Shown piece by piece: positions 36,766 to 43,137 of a stretch of DNA of 43,137 nucleotides. Origin of the DNA: an uncultured Gemmatimonadota bacterium (GTDB taxonomy: Bacteria > Gemmatimonadota > Gemmatimonadetes > Palauibacterales > KS3-K002); contig CAYFXF010000006.1 in the NCBI GenBank assembly GCA_964347085.1, positions 1,811-44,947 on the forward strand. The letters run 5' to 3'. A model generated the notes under the pieces. It was not told the origin of the DNA. It ran no database searches and worked only from the letters and a program-made list of their open reading frames with translations. Every line of letters starts with the position of its first letter. Position 1 is the stretch's first letter. The position numbers and the translations under genes were made by a program.

Positions 36766-37551
36766 ATGACGCGTTGGGTCTCGCGCCTGATCTACGCGAA
36801 TGGGGCGGCCTTCGTGCTCACCTACTTGGCCGCCCCGCAGCTGCTGCGGGCGTTCTGGCTCGTGCCGGCGGCGATCCATCTCCGGCCGTGGACGGCCGTG
36901 ACCTACATGTTCCTCCACGGCGGCTTCATGCACCTCCTGTTCAACATGATAGCGCTGTTCTTCTTCGGGCCGCGGTTGGAATCCCGGCTGGGGAGCCGGA
37001 GCTTCCTCTGGCTCTACTTCGCGAGTGGGATCGCCGGGGCGCTCTTGTCGCTGGCGGGTGGGCTGGCGGCGCTGACGAATCCCAACGTGCCGATCGTCGG
37101 GGCTTCGGGGGCGGTGTTCGGCGTGCTCTTGGCCTACGCCCGATTCTGGCCGCGTGACCAGATCTTCATCTGGGGGGTCTTCCCGATCGAGGCACGCTGG
37201 CTGGTCGCGATCATGACCGGTCTCTCGCTGTTCGGAGGGTTCGCAGGGCGGGGCGGAGGCATCGCCCACTTCGCGCACCTGGGCGGCTTCCTCGGCGGCT
37301 TCCTTTACCTGCAATGGATGGAGCACCGGTCTCCGGCGCGACAATTCAAGGCGAAGGTGAACGCACCGGCACGGCGCAGCCCGGGCGGGCTGAGCGCCGA
37401 TATCAAGCGTTGGGAGCAGATCCGGCGTGAGGAGCTGCATCCGGTGAATCGCGACGAGCTCGATCGGGTGATGGAGAAGATCAAAACCACCGGCGTCGGG
37501 AGCCTCACGCCGGATGAGCGTGCCTTCCTCGATCGGTTCGCGCCGGGGTAG
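36766..37551 (+). CDS. Rhomboid-family intramembrane serine protease with C-terminal soluble extension
   Basis: FLHGGFMHLLFNM, GASGAVFGVL (catalytic Ser), AHLGGFLGG (catalytic His). Confidence 0.85.
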   Translation: MTRWVSRLIYANGAAFVLTYLAAPQLLRAFWLVPAAIHLRPWTAVTYMFLHGGFMHLLFNMIALFFFGPRLESRLGSRSFLWLYFASGIAGALLSLAGGLAALTNPNVPIVGASGAVFGVLLAYARFWPRDQIFIWGVFPIEARWLVAIMTGLSLFGGFAGRGGGIAHFAHLGGFLGGFLYLQWMEHRSPARQFKAKVNAPARRSPGGLSADIKRWEQIRREELHPVNRDELDRVMEKIKTTGVGSLTPDERAFLDRFAPG

Positions 37552-37627
37552 CCGCGGGGCCGCTGACGGGTTGTGAAACGGTGATCTGAGCGACAGGATT
37601 AGGGCGAGCACTCAGGTAGGGTAGGCG

Positions 37628-38377
37628 ATGAAAGATAACGCGATCAGCAGAGCGAGGTTTGACGCGGTAATCTTCGACCTGGACGGCGTCGTCACGCACA
37701 CGGCGGCGGTTCACGCGCGTGCGTGGAAGCAGGTGTTCGACGAACACTTGCAGCGGCGGAGCGAGCGGACGGGCGAATCCTTTCAGCCGTTCGAGATCGA
37801 GACGGACTATCCGCGCTACGTGGACGGAAAGCCACGCTACGACGGTGTACGTAGCTTCCTGGCGGCGCGTGGGATCACGCTACCGGAGGGCGATCCGAGT
37901 GACGGGCCGGACAGCGGGACGGTGTGTGGGATCGGGAATCGCAAGAACGAGCTGTACAACGACCTGCTCGAATCGGGCGTCGAGGTGTTCGATGACACGG
38001 TCGAGCAGATCCGGCGCTGGCGGGGGATGGGCTTGAAGACGGCGATCGTCTCTTCGAGCAAGAACTGTGCGGCGGTGCTGCGCGCCGCAGGGTTGAGCGA
38101 ACTGTTTGATGTGCGGGTGGACGGCGTGGAAGCGGCGCGCCTCGGGCTCAGTGGAAAGCCTGCGCCCGACATCTTTCTCGAGGCGGCGGAGATGCTCGCC
38201 GTCGATCCGGCGCGAGCGGCGGTGTTCGAGGACGCGGTCTCCGGCGTCCAGGCCGGACGCGCCGGCGATTTCGGCTGGGTGATCGGGGTGGATCGCGGCG
38301 GAGCGCGCGACGCCCTGCTCGAGGCTGGGGCCGATACTGTCGTGAGTGACCTGCGGCAGGTGAGGACGGAGGGCTGA
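37628..38377 (+). CDS. Beta-phosphoglucomutase-family HAD hydrolase
   Basis: VIFDLDGVVT, SSSKN, GKPAPDIF, FEDAVSGVQAGRAG. Confidence 0.8.
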   Translation: MKDNAISRARFDAVIFDLDGVVTHTAAVHARAWKQVFDEHLQRRSERTGESFQPFEIETDYPRYVDGKPRYDGVRSFLAARGITLPEGDPSDGPDSGTVCGIGNRKNELYNDLLESGVEVFDDTVEQIRRWRGMGLKTAIVSSSKNCAAVLRAAGLSELFDVRVDGVEAARLGLSGKPAPDIFLEAAEMLAVDPARAAVFEDAVSGVQAGRAGDFGWVIGVDRGGARDALLEAGADTVVSDLRQVRTEG

Positions 38378-38379
38378 GC

Positions 38380-39213
38380 TTGGTGATCGAGGGGCATCAG
38401 GAAGGGTCTCGCAAGGCGAGCGAGCTGCCATCGGCGCTTAAGTCGCGTGAGGCGTTGGGCAGGCGATTGGCGGGCAAGCGGCCGGCGATGTTTCTGGACT
38501 ACGATGGGACGCTGACGCCGATCGTCTCGCAACCGGAGGACGCGCTGCTTTCGGAGGCGATGCGCGACGTGCTGCGGCGGCTGTCGCAGCTGTGCACCGT
38601 CGCCATCGTGAGCGGGCGTGACCGGGCGGACGTGGAGCCACTGGTGGCGTTGGACGGTCTGGTCTTTGCGGGTAGCCACGGCTTCGACATCGAGGGGCCC
38701 GGCGACCTGCGCATGGAGCACGAGGGCGGGCGCGCCTGCCTGCCGGACCTGGAGAGCGCCGAGCGCGAGTTGCGCCAGCTGATCGAGCCGCTGCCTGGGG
38801 CACGAGTCGAGCGCAAAGCCTTTGCCATTGCGAATCACTACCGCAACGTAGCCGACGCGGACGTACCGCGGGTCGAGCAGGCGGTGCGCGAGGTTCTGTC
38901 GCGGCACGACCGGCTGCGGCTTTCGAGTGGCAAGAAGGTTTTCGAGCTGCGCCCGGACATCGAGTGGCACAAGGGACTTGCGGTGCTCTGGCTGCTCGAG
39001 GCGTTGGGCCTGGACGGTGACGATGTGCTACCCTTCTATTTGGGCGACGACGTCACCGACGAAGACGCGTTTCAGACGTTGGCGGAACAGGGTATCGGGG
39101 TGCTGGTCGGTCATCCCGCCTATCGCACGCACGCCAGCTACGGGCTGCAAGATGTCGCCGAGGTGGGGCAATTTCTCGAGACCATGGTTGAGCTGCTGGG
39201 AGACCGGACGTGA
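38380..39213 (+). CDS. otsB: Trehalose-phosphatase (OtsB family)
   Basis: TTG 38380 / GTG 38383, 2-5 nt after the previous stop. [26 protein letters not shown]. Confidence 0.8.
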   Translation: MVIEGHQEGSRKASELPSALKSREALGRRLAGKRPAMFLDYDGTLTPIVSQPEDALLSEAMRDVLRRLSQLCTVAIVSGRDRADVEPLVALDGLVFAGSHGFDIEGPGDLRMEHEGGRACLPDLESAERELRQLIEPLPGARVERKAFAIANHYRNVADADVPRVEQAVREVLSRHDRLRLSSGKKVFELRPDIEWHKGLAVLWLLEALGLDGDDVLPFYLGDDVTDEDAFQTLAEQGIGVLVGHPAYRTHASYGLQDVAEVGQFLETMVELLGDRT

Positions 39214-41633
39214 TGACTGGGTGGAAGCTGGTATACGAGGGCTGGAAGCCTGACGAGGAGCCGCTGCGCGAGGCTCTCTGCACGCTCGGTAACGGCTACT
39301 TAGCGACGCGGGGTGCCATGAGCATGGTGAAAGCCGGCGGCGCCCACTACCCCGGGACCTACCTGGCTGGCGGCTACAATCGCCTGCAGACCGAGATCGC
39401 CGGTCGCGTCGTCGAGAACGAGGATCTGGTCAACTGGCCGAACTGGACGTGTCTGACCTTCCAGCCGGAGGGCGGCGAACCCTTCGCCCTGGAAGCGGTC
39501 GACGTCTTCGACTACCGCCAAGAGCTCGATCTCAAGAACGGGGTCGTCGAGTGGACGATGCGGTTCCGCGATCGCGAGGGGCGAACGAGCTCGCTGCGGA
39601 GCCGCCGCCTGGTCCATATGGCCGACGTGCACCTCGCGGCGATCGAGTGGGTGTTGACGCCCGAGAACTGGTCGGGCCGCGTGCACCTGCGCTCGGCGCT
39701 CGACGGCAAGGTGGAGAACCGCGGGGTGGCCCGCTATCGCGACTTCAACAGCCGCCATATCGAGCACCTGGATACGGCGCCTGTCGGCGAGGACGGGATC
39801 TCCCTGCTGGTGCGCACCAATCAGTCACACATCGAGATGGCCCAGGCGGCGCGCACCCGGGTCTTCCGGGCGAGGGAGGAGATCCCGGTCGAGCGGACGA
39901 CCCACCATGAAAGATGTTACGTGGAACAGACCCTCAGCTTCGATTGCGAGAAGGGCGAGCCGTTCCGGGTCGAGAAGGTCGTGGCCGTGTACACGTCGCG
40001 CGACACGGCGATCAGCTCGCCGGTGGACGCGGCTGCAGAGGCCGTCCGGCGGGCCGGCTCTTACGAGAGGCTGCTCCGCACCCACCGGCTGTCCTGGGAA
40101 CGGATCTGGTATCGCTGCGATATCGAGCTCGAGGGCGTCCCGGAAGCACAACTCGCCCTCAGGGCACACATCTTTCACCTGCTGCAGACGGTCTCGCCCA
40201 ACATGGTGGAACTGGACGTCGGCGTCCCAGCGCGCGGGCTGCACGGCGAGGCCTACCGGGGTCATATCTTCTGGGACGAGCTCTACATCTTCCCATTCCT
40301 CGAGTTGCGCATGCCCGATATCACCCGGGCGCTGTTGATGTACCGTTACCGGCGGCTGCCCGAGGCGCGGCGCATCGCGCGGGAGCAGGGGTTCCGGGGC
40401 GCGCTCTATCCGTGGCAGAGCGGGAGCAGCGGGCGCGAGGAGAGCCAGGTCGTCCACCTGAACCCTAAGTCGGGCCGCTGGATCCCTGACGACACCTACT
40501 TGCAGCGCCATGTGAACGCGGCGATTGCCTTCAATGTATGGCGCCACTACCAGGCGACGGGCCGGCGCGAGTTCATCTGCTCCTACGGCTCGCGGATCAT
40601 CCTGGAGATCGCGCGCTTCTGGGCCAGCATCGTGACCTACAACCCGGAGCGCGACCGCTACGAGATTCGCGGCGTGGTGGGCCCGGACGAGTATCACACG
40701 GGCTATCCAGGCGCGAAGAAGCCGGGCCTCAACAACAACGCCTACACGAACGTGATGGCCTCGTGGTGCCTCGAGTGCAGCGGCCGCGTTGTGGGCATGC
40801 TCGACGAAGATTGTAAGGCCGAGATCTTTGAGGACCTCGAGCTGACCGACGACGAGCTGGAGGAGTGGGACAAGATCAGTCGCAAGATGTTCGTGCCGTT
40901 CCACGGCGATGGGATCGTCAGCCAGTTCGAGGGCTACGAAGAGCTCGAGGAGTTCGATTGGGAAGGCTACCGGGCGAAGTACGGTGACATCCACCGGCTC
41001 GACCGGCTCCTCGAGGCCGAGGGCGATACGCCAAACCGCTACAAGGTGAGTAAGCAAGCCGACGTGCTGATGCTGTTTTACCTATTCTCAGCGGAGCGCT
41101 TGCAGCAGCTGTTCGAACGACTCGGCTATCCGTTCGAGCCGGAGATGATCCCGAGGAACATCGACTACTACCTGCGGCGCACGTCTCACGGCTCGACGCT
41201 CAGCGCCATCATCAACTCCTGGGTCCAAGCACGCGGCGACCGCGAGCGTTCCTGGCGCTGGTTCGAGGCGGCGCTGATGAGCGATCTCAAAGATGTGCAG
41301 GGCGGCACGACGGCCGAGGGGATTCACCTGGGGGCGATGTCGGGCACGGTCGATCTGGTACAGCGCTGCTACAGCGGTATCGCGACCCGCGAGGGCGTGC
41401 TGTGGCTCCACCCCGCGTTGCCGAAGGAGCTGAAGAGCGTCAAGTCACGCATCCAGTATCGCGGCCATTGGTTTACCTTGAACATCAACCACGAGAAGCT
41501 AGTCGTGTCGTTCGAGGGCGCATGGGCTCCCTACGCGCGGATCGGCGTCGACGGGAAGATCTACACGTTCAAGCGCGGCGAGACCAAGGAGTTCGCGCTG
41601 GTCGGTAAAGAGTCCAGTGGCTTACCGACGTAA
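39213..41633 (+). CDS. Glycoside hydrolase family 65 phosphorylase (kojibiose/trehalose/maltose phosphorylase-like)
   Basis: GTG 39210 or ATG 39213 overlapping the otsB stop. EALCTLGNGYLATRGA, RGLHGEAYRGHIFWDELYIFPF, LYPWQSGSSGREE, NNAYTNVMA, KQADVLML, GGTTAEGIHLGAM. Confidence 0.85.
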   Translation: MTGWKLVYEGWKPDEEPLREALCTLGNGYLATRGAMSMVKAGGAHYPGTYLAGGYNRLQTEIAGRVVENEDLVNWPNWTCLTFQPEGGEPFALEAVDVFDYRQELDLKNGVVEWTMRFRDREGRTSSLRSRRLVHMADVHLAAIEWVLTPENWSGRVHLRSALDGKVENRGVARYRDFNSRHIEHLDTAPVGEDGISLLVRTNQSHIEMAQAARTRVFRAREEIPVERTTHHERCYVEQTLSFDCEKGEPFRVEKVVAVYTSRDTAISSPVDAAAEAVRRAGSYERLLRTHRLSWERIWYRCDIELEGVPEAQLALRAHIFHLLQTVSPNMVELDVGVPARGLHGEAYRGHIFWDELYIFPFLELRMPDITRALLMYRYRRLPEARRIAREQGFRGALYPWQSGSSGREESQVVHLNPKSGRWIPDDTYLQRHVNAAIAFNVWRHYQATGRREFICSYGSRIILEIARFWASIVTYNPERDRYEIRGVVGPDEYHTGYPGAKKPGLNNNAYTNVMASWCLECSGRVVGMLDEDCKAEIFEDLELTDDELEEWDKISRKMFVPFHGDGIVSQFEGYEELEEFDWEGYRAKYGDIHRLDRLLEAEGDTPNRYKVSKQADVLMLFYLFSAERLQQLFERLGYPFEPEMIPRNIDYYLRRTSHGSTLSAIINSWVQARGDRERSWRWFEAALMSDLKDVQGGTTAEGIHLGAMSGTVDLVQRCYSGIATREGVLWLHPALPKELKSVKSRIQYRGHWFTLNINHEKLVVSFEGAWAPYARIGVDGKIYTFKRGETKEFALVGKESSGLPT

Positions 41634-41689
41634 CTTCTCTCAACGCCACTGGGTCCTCTCACCTCCGGCCAGGTCGGGACGGCGTTCGC

Positions 41690-43137
41690 CTAGACTTTGG
41701 CGGTCGCCAGCTCCGAGTAGGCGTTTCGCATGTACTGGGACACCACCCTCTGGGTGTTGAAGAAGGAAGCGTTGTGGGCGATGGCCGAGCGCATCACCTC
41801 CGCGAACGTGTCCGGCTGTCGGTAATAGAGCGGAACGATCACCCGCTCCAACTTGTCGTAGAGGGCGTTGACCTCACCGGATTCGTCGCCTGACCCGGAG
41901 GCGCCGCCCGGTATCGACCACCCCGTCACACCCTCGATATGACCCTCGATCCACCAGCCGTCCAGCACGCTCAAACTGGGCACCCCGTTGCAGGCAGCCT
42001 TCATCCCACTCGTCCCGGAGGCCTCACGCGGGGGCTGCGGCGTGTTGAGCCAAATGTCCGACCCGGCGATAAGGCTCTTGGCCAGCGACATGTCGTAGTC
42101 CTGTAAGTAGACTAGCCGCACCGCGTCTTTCAGATCTCGACCGGCGGCGAAGATGCGCTGGATCAGCTCCTTGCCTTGCTCATCGCGGGGGTGGGCTTTG
42201 CCGGCGTAGATGATCTGCAGCGGGCCCACTGCACGAGCGATCTGTCTCAAACGGGCTGGCTGCCTCAGCAGCAAGTCGGCCCGCTTGTAGGGGGTCGCGC
42301 GGCGTGCAAAGCCCAGCGTCAGCGCGCCTGGGTCCAGCTGAACGCCGGTTAGCCCGCCCACGGCCTCGCACAGCTCTTGTTTAGCGTGCTCGTGGGCGCC
42401 GCGTATCTCGGTCAGTGGGATCTTGACGGCGTAGCGCAGGTAGCGATTGTCGTGGCGCCAGCCCGGTATGTAGCGGTCGAAGAGCGCCGCGAAAGAATCC
42501 GAAGTCCAGGTCACTGCGTGCACGCCGTTGGTGATTGCCTGGACCGGGTAGTCGGGGAACATACCGAGCGACACCTCGCCGTGCCGCATCGAGACTCCGT
42601 TGATATAGCTGGAGAAGCGGAGCCCGAGGTAGGTCAGGTTGAGCACGCCGTCCAGCAGGCAGCGGCTGGCTTCCAGCAGCCCGACGCGAGTCGGTCCCAA
42701 GACCTCGCCGACCAGCTCGTGCGGGAACTTGTCGTGTCCGGCGGGCACCGGCGTGTGGGTCGTGAACACACAGCGTTGGCGAATCGCCTCGACGTCCGCC
42801 TCGCTCGGCTCGGGACAGCCGCGCTGGGCAAGGCGTTCTTCGAGCAGAGCTAGGGCGAGCAGCGATGAGTGCCCTTCGTTCATGTGATAGACGAGGTCGC
42901 CGGCGTAGCCGAGTTCCCGAAGCACTGCAACACCGCCCAGTCCGAGCAACGCCTCCTGACGTAAGCGGTGCGGGTGGTCGCCGCCGTAGAGCTGGTCGGT
43001 GAGCGCGCGATCCTCGGCTTGGTTGTCCGGTAGGGCCGTATCGAGCAGGATGACCGGAACCGTGAAGCCCGTGATCCCGGACATTCGGTAGAGCCAGGGT
43101 CGGACTTTTACCTGTCTGTGCTCGATCTGCAGCCAAG
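41690..43137 (-). CDS. glgP: Alpha-glucan family phosphorylase (partial; N-terminus beyond the window end)
   Basis: The frame stays open upstream of M43084 to the window edge. VPVILLDT, HMNEGHS, FTTHTPVPAGHD, TNGVH, EASGTSGMKA (PLP Lys). Confidence 0.85.
   Translation of the reverse strand, partial: WLQIEHRQVKVRPWLYRMSGITGFTVPVILLDTALPDNQAEDRALTDQLYGGDHPHRLRQEALLGLGGVAVLRELGYAGDLVYHMNEGHSSLLALALLEERLAQRGCPEPSEADVEAIRQRCVFTTHTPVPAGHDKFPHELVGEVLGPTRVGLLEASRCLLDGVLNLTYLGLRFSSYINGVSMRHGEVSLGMFPDYPVQAITNGVHAVTWTSDSFAALFDRYIPGWRHDNRYLRYAVKIPLTEIRGAHEHAKQELCEAVGGLTGVQLDPGALTLGFARRATPYKRADLLLRQPARLRQIARAVGPLQIIYAGKAHPRDEQGKELIQRIFAAGRDLKDAVRLVYLQDYDMSLAKSLIAGSDIWLNTPQPPREASGTSGMKAACNGVPSLSVLDGWWIEGHIEGVTGWSIPGGASGSGDESGEVNALYDKLERVIVPLYYRQPDTFAEVMRSAIAHNASFFNTQRVVSQYMRNAYSELATAKV

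Overview
Densely coding, visibly high-GC bacterial chromosomal segment. Third codon positions are almost all G/C, there are many ATGA/GTGA start-stop overlaps, and TGA is a common stop. I see no rRNA, tRNA, CRISPR array, transposase or integrase.

Gene order:
- partial unknown CDS, then glnA
- a YbhGFSR-like efflux operon: TetR, TolC-like, HlyD-like, two ABC ATPase genes (the first disrupted), two ABC-2 permeases
- YpfJ-type metallopeptidase, DRG/TGS-type GTPase, an unknown gene, a SAM methyltransferase, RmuC, another unknown gene
- a four-gene, translationally coupled MacB/AttEFGH-like ABC system
- a 968-aa UvrD-family helicase with an embedded DEDDh exonuclease
- a glutaredoxin-like gene with an in-frame TGA at the first active-site Cys (candidate selenoprotein, invisible in the ORF track)
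- a small membrane protein, a TerB-like protein, a Zn-ribbon protein, proline dehydrogenase
- a ~12 kb putative light-response island: a CarH-type MerR/B12 photoreceptor with the Wx9EH signature, DUF523-DUF1722, NAD-binding/DUF2867, an operon of class II CPD photolyase + FeS-BCP photolyase + SRPBCC-epimerase fusion, fasciclin, SDR, FAD oxidoreductase and DUF427. It is organised around two AT-rich divergent promoter islands that share motifs.
- a rhomboid protease, a beta-PGM / trehalose-phosphatase / GH65 trio, and a partial alpha-glucan phosphorylase

The observations most worth follow-up are the candidate Sec-glutaredoxin, the CarH regulon architecture, the helicase-exonuclease fusion and the unusual AttH-like fusion protein.

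All functional calls come from reading translated motifs by eye. No database search or folding program was run.
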